From Candidatus Asgardarchaeum abyssi (GTDB lineage Archaea; Asgardarchaeota; Asgardarchaeia; Asgardarchaeales; Asgardarchaeaceae), in NCBI GenBank assembly GCA_040225955.1, contig JBECUL010000009.1, positions 1 through 55,348 of the forward strand: 55,348 bases of DNA. The letters run 5' to 3'. The notes under the pieces are model-generated. The model did no database searches. It saw only the letters and a list, made by a program, of their open reading frames with translations, and was not told the origin of the DNA. The translations under genes and the position numbers were made by a program. Shown here in pieces: positions 31,032-41,961 of this stretch (its first letter is position 1; the number at the start of each line of letters is the position of its first letter).

Positions 31032-31455
31032 TAATACTTCCAAAAATCATGAAGGCGCGTCTCGAACCACTTCTAACTTGGATCATATGATTCTCCTAAA
31101 CGTATATAGCGTCACCATACCACCGGTAAATTCCTTAATCTCGTTAATTACTTCGGGCATCTCTCCTAGCCTAATGACCGCATAAAGCAAATATATCAGC
31201 ACCGAGATAACTACAAAGAAAACCGTATCACATGGTTCACGGTCGTTGTTAGAATCCAAGACTCTTTGATTAGACGAAACTCAGTTTCGATCCCCAACGC
31301 CTTGAGTACCGCTTCACCTCCTTGATACCAACATCACTACCAACTACTACAAACCACTCTCGCTTTCTCTGGTCCCAACGCATAAACAGCGTGACCTTTT
31401 CCTCCTCTCCAAGACACCTCATCACGTAGGATGTCGTGTAAAATTTCCCATCCTT
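31032..31455 (-). mobile_element. Decayed IS4/ISH3-like transposase C-terminus and terminal IR (copy B)
   Basis: YSR(R)WGIETEFRLIK (YREK-type motif) ...YLLYAVIRLGEMPEVINEIKEFTGGMVTLYTFRRII*SKLE, then TTTTTGGAAGTATTA. Confidence 0.8.
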
Positions 31456-32234
31456 GGGAATTCCTTCAGGATTTAATATTCCAGTTAGTCAAGATGAAAT
31501 CAAAGTATGTGGTGCAAGACCAAAATTAAAAGGCACAGCAGTTTCATTTATTAAAGCTATGTTAGTTGTTGATAAACTAATAGTTGCTGAAGATTTGGAT
31601 GATAGAACGTCAGATGATTTAATACCTCATGGGAGAACTCATTAAGAGAGAATAGGTCAATATGGTATTATTGTGCACTTACAAAGGTATATTTGAAATA
31701 AGAATAAGCACGCAAAAAATTATTGTAAATATAATACCTATGGGCTTACAGAGGATGATATAATTAGAGAGTTTAATATTTCTCGCTTCGTGATGAATGA
31801 CTATGTAATTAAAATTCTACTTTTTTCTAGTTCTAATAGAATATATCAAGAGCTTAAATTTAAGATTCACAAACCTAATAAGTTAGAAGAGAAAATCTTA
31901 GAAGTATGCAAGATTTTAAGACAACAAAATATTCAAATTAACTCCAGTAAAGAGATTCTCATATTAATGAGAGTTTTGCTCTGCGATACGCCACATACAC
32001 ATTTATATATAACCTATTAGAGAAAGCGGAATATGAAACCTTAATTGATGTTGTGAAAAGTATAATTTATGTATTTAAAAGCAAAGTAGTAATAATATTA
32101 ATCAGCTTTCCATGTCAAATAATCGTAATAGTTCTCCAGATAACACTTTGAATATTATTCTTTGCAATAACAACCCATAGAATAAAGATGGCGTCTCTCT
32201 CGAAGTGAGAAATCGAGTAGTTGTATTTGCGTAG

Positions 32235-32720
32235 CTAAATATTTTTATTTCTAAATTTTAGTATTTTTGCTAGTTCAGCTGGCTCTATAATATTATCTGT
32301 AGGGTATTTATTTTTCGCCAATTTGTCAATTAGAGCTCTATCTACCGTTAAAAGCAATAATTTCAATTCTCTTGACGTCGCATAAAGTAGATTATCTATG
32401 AAATCTTTATGAACACTCTTATACATCTTCCATGCAGATATGTATGCACTTGCTGGCGGTGATATAAGATTGTAAGTTTCCCGTATTGCAAGAATTCCAT
32501 CGTTAATCAAGTCCATTTTTTCAGATGGAACTTTCTTAATGACGCTCCACATAGCCTCCATAAGCGATATCTCCAAGTAAAACACTTTGATTGCTTTAAA
32601 ATATTTTATAGCTTCTAATATTTCCTTATCCGTATCAATTCTAAGCGTTGGCAACAAAAAGCTGGTATCAATTAAAACCCTTATTTCATTGCTATTTAAT
32701 GTATTTTCCTTGTTGCTCAA
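32235..32720 (-). CDS. vapC: VapC-like PIN toxin
   Basis: VLIDTSFLLP, SLMEA, HKDFIDNLLYA, LLTVD. Confidence 0.85.
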   Translation of the reverse strand: MSNKENTLNSNEIRVLIDTSFLLPTLRIDTDKEILEAIKYFKAIKVFYLEISLMEAMWSVIKKVPSEKMDLINDGILAIRETYNLISPPASAYISAWKMYKSVHKDFIDNLLYATSRELKLLLLTVDRALIDKLAKNKYPTDNIIEPAELAKILKFRNKNI

Positions 32721-32946
32721 GACTTTCTTCCTCCAGCTCCTTGAGCGTAATTTTAGCTATTTTTTCCTTATGTAATGCTATCCAAACAGCGTCGATGATG
32801 GGTTCTATTATTATCTTGCTTCCCTCAGTTGAAATTTTAACTTTAGTTCCCTCATTTATTCCTGTGATTTCCGCAATCTTTTTTGGTATTACAAGCACTC
32901 TTTTCTTTCCGATCTTGGATCTCACTACAATTTTTGTTTTTTCCAT
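32692..32946 (-). CDS. vapB: AbrB/MazE-like antitoxin (VapB)
   Basis: KIGKKRVLVIPKKIAEITGINEGTKV..EGSKIIIEP; overlaps vapC. Confidence 0.85.
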   Translation of the reverse strand: MEKTKIVVRSKIGKKRVLVIPKKIAEITGINEGTKVKISTEGSKIIIEPIIDAVWIALHKEKIAKITLKELEEESLEQQGKYIK

Positions 32947-33185
32947 AGTTGATCACAATTTTCTTCTCTTTCTCTAACTAATAAATATTTTCTAATTTTC
33001 TTAAATTTCTAACTTATATATTCTATCAGATTCATAGATATCTCTAACTTCAATTATAAGCCTAATTTATTTATAAGAGGAGGTCTTACAGTAATAGAGA
33101 GGTAAAAACAATAGCAAATTAAAAAGCTTGAGAAAAGTAAATTTATATTCACTAAGCCTAACCATTATGTAACATTAAAGGTTCT

Positions 33186-34373
33186 GTGATGCCTATGAAA
33201 ATTACCAAAAGCAATAAGGAAATTCAAGAAATTATCGCAAGACTCGAAGAAATTTTGAAAGAAGACATACTCTTTGACTCTGGGAAGGTAATTGGATCTA
33301 TGTGTACAAAGCCTCATGAAATTGCTGCTGAGGTTTTTAAGAAATATATTGATAGAAATGCAGGGGATTACGGAATTTCAAGAGGAACAGCAAAAATAGA
33401 AAGAGAAGTTATCTTATGGTTGTCCAAAATATTAGGCGGAGATGAAAGAGTTGTTGGAAATATTGTAAGTGGAGGAAGCGAGGCAAATTTACTAGGGCTT
33501 TACTCGGCAAGGAAACATAAGAAACTTTCTGGGAGACCAGAAATTATTGCTTCGGAGGCAGCACATATATCGATTGACAAAGCAGCAGATATACTCGGTC
33601 TGAGATTAATTAAAGTTCCATTAGATAGAGATACGTACAATATGGATTTATCTGAAGTAGAGAATAAAATTAATGAGAATACCATAGCACTTGTTGGCGT
33701 TGCGGGAACCACAGGTCTTGGCATAATTGAGCCAATTAAAGAGTTGTCTCAATTGGCACTAGAGCATGATTTACACTTACATGTTGATGCAGCATTTGGT
33801 GGATTCGTCATTCCTTTCTTAAGGGATTTAGGATACAATGTACCAGAAATAGGATTCCACCTTAAAGGCATCTTAAGCATGACTGTCGATCCTCATAAAA
33901 TGGGAATGGTACCTATTCCAGCAGGAGGAATTCTATTTAGGGACGAAACTGTAAGAGAAAGAATAAAGTTTAATATATATTATCTCTCTGGAGGGCCAAC
34001 TAGATCAGCTACCATTACAGGAACACGACCAGGTGCTCCCATTATAGCAGCATGGGTACTCATAAATTATCTTGGTATCGAAGGTTACAAAAATATAGTA
34101 AAGCAAGTAATGGAGCTAACCTCGTGGTTTTCAAAAAGAATAGAAGAGTTAGATGGTGTTGAGCTGGTAATTAAACCCGTGATGAATATTGTCGGAATCA
34201 GACCCACTGAAAAAAGTATTGACGCTGTTGAAATTGAACTTCGCAAAAGGGGTTGGGCAATTAGTAGATTTCCGAGTTTTCTAAGAGTCGTGATAATGCC
34301 TCATGTTAAAAAAGAACATTTGGAGAAATTCCTATCTGATTTAGAGGATATTTTAAGAGACAGTGACATTTAA
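33186..34373 (+). CDS. mfnA: PLP-dependent L-tyrosine/L-aspartate decarboxylase
   Basis: IGSMCTKPH, SGGSEAN, AHISIDKA, HVDAAFGGF, DPHKMG, TGTRPG, RVVIMPH. Confidence 0.9.
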   Translation: MMPMKITKSNKEIQEIIARLEEILKEDILFDSGKVIGSMCTKPHEIAAEVFKKYIDRNAGDYGISRGTAKIEREVILWLSKILGGDERVVGNIVSGGSEANLLGLYSARKHKKLSGRPEIIASEAAHISIDKAADILGLRLIKVPLDRDTYNMDLSEVENKINENTIALVGVAGTTGLGIIEPIKELSQLALEHDLHLHVDAAFGGFVIPFLRDLGYNVPEIGFHLKGILSMTVDPHKMGMVPIPAGGILFRDETVRERIKFNIYYLSGGPTRSATITGTRPGAPIIAAWVLINYLGIEGYKNIVKQVMELTSWFSKRIEELDGVELVIKPVMNIVGIRPTEKSIDAVEIELRKRGWAISRFPSFLRVVIMPHVKKEHLEKFLSDLEDILRDSDI

Positions 34374-34414
34374 TAATTTAGAAATATAACGATATGAAAA
34401 ATGGCAAATAATTA

Positions 34415-35662
34415 TTATCTTTCAGTGTCCACTCTTTTTATGAATTCGATGATAATATCATGTATGTTCTGTAAGACATTTGGATTTATCTTATCTGGCG
34501 TATCTCTCATTGTGTGGTAGAATCTGAAAGTTTTAAGAGACAAATCCACAGCAAAAAAGGTTATGGCGTCAATACCAGCACGAGAAAACGGTACAGCATC
34601 TGTTCCACCACCTATGGATGGCAAAGAAATGGGAGATATCTTGATTCCAAAAGTATTAGAGAGTGTCATTATTTTTCTAGCAAGTTCCATTGAGTGTTTA
34701 GTATTGGTAGTTTTTTCTTTAACAACAACAGAGAGCTTTGATGGATCTGCAACGGTATCTATATTTAGAACGTACGTTTTAGCTTCCTTGAGTTCATTGA
34801 GATGCTTTGCAACAAATCGTTTTGAGCCTCTTAATCCAGCCTCCTCTGCTCCGAATGACACGAATAAAACTGTAGTGTTCCTCAGTTTGAAGGTTTCGTT
34901 TTTTATTTCTTCTGAGAGAGTTTTCGCCACACTTAATAATATCGCTACTGCAGATAGATTGTCGACAGCACCTGGAACCGCTCTTTTTGATTTAAAGAAT
35001 AATAAGGGAGAAGTTAAGACCAAAAGTAGCAGAATAACATACCATAAAGCATCTACTGCAATGAGATATACATCTGGAATCATGGCTTGGATTAATCCGC
35101 TGGTAGCAAAATCAATAAGCCAGAAAAGATTCATTATAAAAAGAAGAGCTATTGTTAGAAATCCTAATCCTATTTCAACAAGATATAGATAGGGCGAGAT
35201 TGCTAGAAGTCTAAATTCATGAGCTGAGTCATGGTGCCCAGAAACTATTATAATGTTTTTGTTTTTCTCGGATGGTTCAAATTTTCCGATAACGTTCTGA
35301 GATGTTTTCACGGGATAAAGAAAGTCTATAAATTCGTTATAGCAGAAAAATTCTTCATAGACTATGATAATGCTAACAAGTACCATGATAAAACTAAGGA
35401 GAGGAATATAGTGAAATAGAAGTTCACTGCAGACCAGCAAAATATATACAACTTGAATGAAGCCTAAAAATGCACCTGGATGAAATATAAAATTCTCAAT
35501 AGTTACGTTGTCTGTATATTTTCTTAGCTCGTCTGAGATCATTAAGGCTGCCTTTTGCTCTTCCTTACTCCCAGGTGCTCGTCCACCTATTTCATTGATT
35601 ATTTTATTTATTATTGCTAAAGAGTAGCCTTTTACATCTCGCATGTGGATATCTCCAGTCAA
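34415..35662 (-). CDS. M28-family peptidase with TM insertions
   Basis: RAPGS, SGHHDS, PGAVDNLSAV, GAEEAGLRGS, GTDAVPF, YHTMRD. Confidence 0.85.
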   Translation of the reverse strand: MTGDIHMRDVKGYSLAIINKIINEIGGRAPGSKEEQKAALMISDELRKYTDNVTIENFIFHPGAFLGFIQVVYILLVCSELLFHYIPLLSFIMVLVSIIIVYEEFFCYNEFIDFLYPVKTSQNVIGKFEPSEKNKNIIIVSGHHDSAHEFRLLAISPYLYLVEIGLGFLTIALLFIMNLFWLIDFATSGLIQAMIPDVYLIAVDALWYVILLLLVLTSPLLFFKSKRAVPGAVDNLSAVAILLSVAKTLSEEIKNETFKLRNTTVLFVSFGAEEAGLRGSKRFVAKHLNELKEAKTYVLNIDTVADPSKLSVVVKEKTTNTKHSMELARKIMTLSNTFGIKISPISLPSIGGGTDAVPFSRAGIDAITFFAVDLSLKTFRFYHTMRDTPDKINPNVLQNIHDIIIEFIKRVDTER

Positions 35663-35740
35663 TGGTAAGTAGTAAGAGATTCAAACTATTATAAAATTTG
35701 AAAAAATAGATAATGAATCTTTGGGTAGAATGATCTTGTT

Positions 35741-38399
35741 CTAGAACATATCCTTAAAGATCTTTGAAGGTTTCTCACGTAGAAGTTTTCGTAGTGGTAG
35801 AGCATAACCAAGTATTATTGCTCCAAAGGCGTGCAATGGAATTAAGAGATATATGAATATATTTGTAGTTGGTATTACTACTATGTCTATCTGTGTCTGA
35901 GCTATTGTGCTCATAAGAAGGTTACTTAGACTAATAGCCGGGTATATTGAGATCAGAATAACTATTGTCGCTAATAAGAATATTTCTGTTAGCATTATCT
36001 TTATTATATCTGATTTTGTAGTGCCTATACTTTTTAGTATTGCGATTTCCCTTCTTCTTTCATGAACTATTAGATATAGTACAGCGAATATCCCAGTAAA
36101 TGTTACAGCATTGACTATGCCTACTAATAGGTAAATAAAGGCCGCAAAGATATTTAGAGCATCACTGATAACAAGAAGTATATGCTTTTTCGTCATTAAG
36201 GACGATAATCCATTACTCATAAGTTTCCTAGAAATGTCTCTAAGTACCTTTTCATGACTGTAACCTTCTTTTATTTTCACGTAAAGATTGTAATATGAAT
36301 CTTTAGAAATGTTTGCTATTTCTGCAAACCTGTCAATGGTTATGTAAAAGAGCCATCCGTCATTAAAAACTTCAACTCCTATACCAACGACTCTGAATGT
36401 CGCGTTAATGTAAAGTTCCTCTTCGTATACTTTCCCAGAAATTCTGATTGTATCGCCAACTTTTATGTTTAACTTCCTTGCAAGATTAGTCGTTATGATA
36501 ATTCCTTCGGAATTACTACTAAGATTCTGTCCTTCCACTATAAGGGGCCTTATTAAGCTCCCACTTACGTTTATCCCATGTAATGTTAATGATCTGTACG
36601 CATTGCTAAGCCTACATTCATTATTTACAAAAATCTTTAGTGTCTTGTAGGTTACTGATAAACTGTTCCCTCCCTCAACTTTTCAACTCCATCAATTTCA
36701 TAAACACTTTTGAGAACTGTGAGGTTTATAGGTTTGTTAAAGCCTGATGAAACATCCCACTGATAAACATCTCCCATTACTGTATAATATGTATTGATCA
36801 TTGATGTTGCAAAAAACGTTAAACTGAAAGTACTAATGTTTGCTAGTACCAATACCGAGATTAGAAATACGCCTTCCGAAACAGTTAAATATTTTGTGAA
36901 TATTTGTGAGTATTGAGGCAGTGTCTGAATGTGGTGGGAGTAAAGCACCGAAAGGACATTGCGGTGTGAAAGGACGCTGTGATGTGGGGCTTGCGGGGTT
37001 ACCCTGAACGGGGTCAAGACCAATGACTTGCTCCCCATGAACCCAGAGGGAGCTGAGGCTGATGAGGCCTAAGGTGGATGTTCGCTCATCAATGCGGACA
37101 TCCGCTGAACCCCTCTTTTCTTCCTTCTACTTATATTTCTCCATGCTAACCTTACTGATAGTGGGTAGTTTCTTACCCTACTGATTTTCTTTCTAGCAAA
37201 TTCTAGCTTTTCAATGCCATACTTTATTGCATGGTTCGGATTAATTTTCGTGACATGCAATGCTGGTATTAGAGAGGCAAGGACAGCTATTATGAAACCA
37301 ATTAGAATATTTCTTAATACTGCAGATAGATTCAAAACAAATTTAATTTTTCCAAGGAGTTTAGAGAGAATTAATAGAGCAGAGTAGGATGCAACATAAC
37401 TTGCTAAAATTCCTATAACACTTCCGATGCTGTATAGAATTATACCCATTATCATGTAATATACAATAATTTGTCTATTTGTAAATCCGAGAGCTTTTCG
37501 AATTCCAATCTGTCTCACATCCTCAAAGATAGCTTGAATGAGCCCTATCGACAATAATATACTGGCAATTAATAGTGCTGGCCAGCTTATAAGGCTAAAG
37601 AAAAATACTACCAACGCTTGACAAAAATCCCCCCTTTCGTACTATGGACATAACCTTCTACCGTAATGTTATAATGCAATTCAATGTATGTTTTTACACG
37701 CTCAAAAACCTCTGTTGTGTTATATCCACTCTTAACATAAATTTGTACATACATTATTTTGCCAGTTAAATTCAACAATTGTTGCAACGCTTTTATTCCC
37801 ATAAATCCAAAAATGACTTCTGGGTACTGTTGGTAGGGAACTGCCCATGGTGCATCCACAAAGCCTTTCACAGTGAGATTAGCAGCTTTTCCTCCCTGAT
37901 TTGTTGAAAAGAAAATTTCTAGTTCATCTCCAATTTGAAGGTTCGTATCATATTTTTCGTCTGTGTTTTCCTCTATAAAGACTGAGTTATTTGAATGTAG
38001 ATCCTTGATATTTCCTTTTGAAATGTTGAGTAATGAACTATTCAGCGGTACACCTATTATTCTTACTTGATACGTATTATTGTTTAGAAAAGTCCATCCG
38101 TAAAGGTAGACCATCGGCTCTATATATTTAATCCCATCTATATTGTCCATGATCTCTTGTGTTATGTTCTCGTCAAGATACGTGTTATTGCCCCATAGGA
38201 CTATATCTGGCATATTATATCTTGTATAGTACTCCTCTAATGTTGCTTGCAAACTTGCATCTAAGTTGTCGATAATGGTAGACATGCCAACGCCTAAGGC
38301 TAAGACAATTATAATTACTACACTTCTCAATTTTGTTCGCTTTATGTGCCTTAATACATCCTTAAATAGCAGTTTCAGCAACAAAAATATTACCCCCAT
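35741..38399 (-). pseudogene. Duplicated-domain FtsX/MacB-like ABC permease, broken by two frameshifts and an insertion
   Basis: Pieces 37608-38399, 37069-37614, 36652-37038 and 35741-36538 carry IGIRKALG and ERRREIAILKSIG motifs; frameshifts at ~37615 and ~36670; insertion at 36874-37113. Confidence 0.85.
36874..37113 (+). mobile_element. 240-bp non-autonomous IS607-like mini-element with an omega-RNA-like right end
   Basis: Removing it restores RRKKR-GVFLISV with a shared CC/GG dinucleotide at both junctions; GC-rich; left-end direct repeats TATTT(T)GTGA; several hairpins at the right end. Confidence 0.75.
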
Positions 38400-39078
38400 T
38401 GGATTCCAATATTAGCTTTTTGTTGCTGATTCTAACTATGCTTTTGGCAAATTTCGTAGCTAAGCTAACATCGTGTGTTGCAACCAAAACAGTAATCCCA
38501 ATTTCATCATTCAATTCTCTCAGCAATTTAAATACATTCTCTGCGTTTTTCTCATCTAAATTTCCTGTTGGTTCATCAGCTAAAATCAATTTTGGTTTGT
38601 TCGATAGCGCTCTTGCTATTGCAACCCTTTGCTGCTCTCCTCCACTTAACACAGAAGGGAATGCATACATCTTATCTCTTAATCCTACTTGAGTCAAAAG
38701 CTCAATTGCTCTTTCCTTTGCCTGTTTTGTTGGCACGCCAGTAAGTTCAAGCGGTAACATTACATTTTCTATTGTAGTCAATGTAGGAATTAGATTGAAA
38801 AATTGAAAGACTATACCTATGTACTTTCTCCTAAACATTGCTAGTTCACTTTCCCGCATCCTATTTATTTCTCTTCCTGCAACTATCACCCGTCCCTCAT
38901 CTATATCCTCTAGTCCCGCTATGATATTAAGCAATGTTGACTTACCATACCCTGATGGTGCCAAAATCACTACAAAATCACCCTCTTTAACCTCTAGGTT
39001 GGCATTTTCAAATATAACAATCCTTCCAAAGCCGTTTCTAAACGATTTTGTAAGGTTCTCGATTTTTAATATACTCAC
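38362..39078 (-). CDS. LolD/MacB-type ABC transporter ATPase
   Basis: APSGYGKST, FQFFNLIP, LSGGEQQRVAIARAL, ADEPTGNLD, ATHD. Confidence 0.92.
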   Translation of the reverse strand: MSILKIENLTKSFRNGFGRIVIFENANLEVKEGDFVVILAPSGYGKSTLLNIIAGLEDIDEGRVIVAGREINRMRESELAMFRRKYIGIVFQFFNLIPTLTTIENVMLPLELTGVPTKQAKERAIELLTQVGLRDKMYAFPSVLSGGEQQRVAIARALSNKPKLILADEPTGNLDEKNAENVFKLLRELNDEIGITVLVATHDVSLATKFAKSIVRISNKKLILESNGGNIFVAETAI

Positions 39079-39422
39079 ATTTTGTCCCTCGTTTAAAGAA
39101 TATTTTATGTCTAATTATTGTTAGATATGATATCTAATATAAATTTTTTGCCAAAGTAAATTATTAATTATAAGTTTTGTATAAAAATTGATAACCAATA
39201 TGCTGGCGCAGACAATCTTGGCGGTAAGTAAATTAATTACAGTAACAACTCAGACTACATCAATGTAAAAAAAGTAGAACCACTTTAGCAAGTATCATGA
39301 TAAAAGACCCAAAAGAACACCGAATTTCACTTCCGAGCATTCCTTAAACTTTTTAAAATATGAAAAGTTAATAACATCAAGTATTAGAGAGTAATACATA
39401 AGTAGTACTTCGGTGATATAAA

Positions 39423-40736
39423 TTGACATTGCCTCTTTTGATTAGAGATCCCATTCATGGTTCTATTAAAATCGAAACAGAAGAAGAGAAAAAGGTTCTG
39501 GACTCTCCTTTTTTCCAGAGATTGCGTTATATTAGTCAACTTTCTGGTGCTCAGATGGTATATCCTTCTGCTACGCATACCAGATTTGCTCATTCATTAG
39601 GAGTTATGTATTTAGCGGGATTATACGCAAGAGCATTATTAAAAGATGATGAGGAGAGAATTAGTGCTATTAGACTTGCAGCCATGTTACATGACATAGG
39701 ACACGGCCCATATTCTCATCAATTTGATGATGCGGTATATTCCCAATTTTATTCAGATGTTCCAGAAGTGGCATCAGGGCAAATTATGGGGCATGACTAT
39801 CAGCGATTCAGAATTTTGGAAAAGATGGCTGAGGAGAACTATATTAAGGATAAAACATACGAAATGATTCTAGAAATATGGCAAGATAAGGACCTAATTG
39901 GGGCAGCAATAGTTCAAGGTGTACTCGGTGCGGACAGACTTGATTTCCTTATTAGAGACTCCTACTTTTGCGGCACTCAACAATTTGGCATGGTTCCTAT
40001 TGATAGAATAATAAAGAACAGCTATGTTGTGGATATTGATGGCATTGAAAGATTAGCCTATTCATATAAATTGCTAGATGATCTATACATCACTCTGGTT
40101 GGAAGGTTCTTCATGTACAGAAATGTATATTTCCATAAGGCCGCTAGAAGTGCAGATATAATGATACAACAGCTTCTTCGTATGGCATATAAGCCACTAA
40201 ACTTAGGTGATTGGATTAATGATTTGGATTTGTTCAGTAAACTTAATGAATTCACATTAAGTGGTTTGATTTGTTCTTCTGAGGATAAAGAGATACGAGA
40301 CTTCTATGAGCGAATCTTCGTGAGACGAAAACTGTACAAGATGGTCTTTGAAAGTTTGGCTCCTGAAAGTTTAGAAATGAGAGAGATTCGTAGAGATGTA
40401 CTTAGATTGTATTTAGAAAAAATGTACTTATCACCATTGAAAGCCAGACTAAATGATATCCCAATTATCCCAGATACGCTACTGGATATAACATTCTTCA
40501 ATCCAGATGAGTTTAGAGCATCAAATGTATTTATTTATGATCCAAAGAAACGGCTTGGACTGGAAGAAGTTATCACAATGGAAGAAGCATTAAATAAGCT
40601 AAAGTATTTACCAATTGCAAAAGAATTTGGAATTTTAAGACTATATACTGAACCGGAGTTCTATGATTTGGTTAAAGAAACAATAGCGGAAATTGAGAAA
40701 GAAAGAAAAGAAAGTTTGCCAAGTACCAAAGCTTAG
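39423..40736 (+). CDS. HD-domain dNTP triphosphohydrolase-like (SAMHD1-like) protein
   Basis: IRDPIHG, FQRLRYISQL, YPSATHTRFAHSLG, LHDIGHGPYSH, ADRLDFLIRDS, VYFHK. Confidence 0.9.
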   Translation: MTLPLLIRDPIHGSIKIETEEEKKVLDSPFFQRLRYISQLSGAQMVYPSATHTRFAHSLGVMYLAGLYARALLKDDEERISAIRLAAMLHDIGHGPYSHQFDDAVYSQFYSDVPEVASGQIMGHDYQRFRILEKMAEENYIKDKTYEMILEIWQDKDLIGAAIVQGVLGADRLDFLIRDSYFCGTQQFGMVPIDRIIKNSYVVDIDGIERLAYSYKLLDDLYITLVGRFFMYRNVYFHKAARSADIMIQQLLRMAYKPLNLGDWINDLDLFSKLNEFTLSGLICSSEDKEIRDFYERIFVRRKLYKMVFESLAPESLEMREIRRDVLRLYLEKMYLSPLKARLNDIPIIPDTLLDITFFNPDEFRASNVFIYDPKKRLGLEEVITMEEALNKLKYLPIAKEFGILRLYTEPEFYDLVKETIAEIEKERKESLPSTKA

Positions 40737-40779
40737 AGGTTCAGTATATGTGGACTCTGAATAGCGTATGTACTTAGCA

Positions 40780-40825
40780 ATCATTAACCACCCTCCTGAG
40801 CTTGTTGGAGCTTTTTGAAAGGGGT
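40780..40825 (-). mobile_element. Possible isolated IS200/IS605-type right-end remnant
   Basis: Minus strand AAGCTCCAACAAGCTCAGGAGGGTGGTTAA resembles AAGCTCC...GGAG...GGTTGA hairpin ends. Confidence 0.25.
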
Positions 40826-40943
40826 CGAAAATGTAAGACCGTAAAAACATGTTCAAGCAAATAATAATTGATATATCATGTCAAATGAAGCAACAGAAAC
40901 ATGTAAAAGGCATAATTTACTAAAGCGATAAGAGGAAAATAGA

Positions 40944-41783
40944 TCATATTTTTAATACTGTAGCAACGGACATAGGATCTGATGAGTTTTCTGAAATATC
41001 TACTGCTTCAAAATGAATGTTCTCAACAGTTAGTACTTTAGTTTTCAGAAATTTATGACTGATATGCCCGAAATAAACCCTTTTCACAATATCTTTAAAT
41101 TTTAAAATTGTATCTCCTATCATAGTACTTCCGTAGAATGCATTCCAAAAATCAAACTTCAGTTCATTTGTATATTTCATAAATTCTTTTAGCGGGACGA
41201 AATGTAGCAAAACGATGGCCTTCTTAATGCCCTTTTTCTTTAATTGAGATAGCTGTTCATGAAGCATTTTTACGTTCTTCTCAGTAATTTTTTCTGGCGA
41301 TTCTCCAAAATTTGTCATCCTAGGATCATTCCACACCTCAAATGAGTGCGGTAGGATACCTTCTAAGTAAAATTTCATTGGTACTTTTAGCGAATGATTT
41401 ATAAAACTGAAGTCATACCATCCAGGGACTCCTGTAATTCCCCAATCACCAATTATGTAAGGTGTATCCCATAGCAGAATATCCCTAAATTCCCTAAACA
41501 CATGTTTGTACTTTGAAATATTGACCCAAGAGCTTTTTCCTTGTTTAAACTCCTTGTTCGAAAGCCAAAAGTCGTGATTTCCCATCACTGCAACAACTTT
41601 TGCATTACTATTTTTGTGAATCATGCTCAGTAGTTTAGTGAGCAAATTCTTGTTTCCATAATTGACCAGATCGCCGCATATGAAAATATAGTCGTAATTA
41701 TTTTTCTTTATTTCATTTAGAAACCTAACTAAAAGTTTACCCTCCCTTGGATAATGCAAGTCCCCCAACACCAAGATTCTCAT
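40944..41783 (-). CDS. Calcineurin-like metallophosphoesterase
   Basis: GDLH, CGDL, GNHD, GWYDFS, HFVP, FGHISH; ATG 41783. Confidence 0.88.
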   Translation of the reverse strand: MRILVLGDLHYPREGKLLVRFLNEIKKNNYDYIFICGDLVNYGNKNLLTKLLSMIHKNSNAKVVAVMGNHDFWLSNKEFKQGKSSWVNISKYKHVFREFRDILLWDTPYIIGDWGITGVPGWYDFSFINHSLKVPMKFYLEGILPHSFEVWNDPRMTNFGESPEKITEKNVKMLHEQLSQLKKKGIKKAIVLLHFVPLKEFMKYTNELKFDFWNAFYGSTMIGDTILKFKDIVKRVYFGHISHKFLKTKVLTVENIHFEAVDISENSSDPMSVATVLKI

Positions 41784-41961
41784 ATTACCACCAATTATGC
41801 TTGTTACCTGTTTTTCAATAAAATATTTTTCATTTTCACTTCTATTCGATCTTTGAATGTTTTCGTGGCAGTAGCAATAGAAAAACATATACGTTTATAT
41901 ATTTATACGATAGAATAATTTTTGAGCAATTATTACGCCAAATATTTTAGGGAGAGTTAAA

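Noticed and set aside
33186-34373. mfnA plus mtmB as evidence of methanogenesis
   Set aside because: MfnA also makes beta-alanine for CoA in non-methanogenic archaea; no mcr, mtr or pyl genes in the window
36874-37113. IStron or self-splicing intron
   Set aside because: Antisense to the host gene, very short, no recognisable group I core, and the host gene is broken elsewhere
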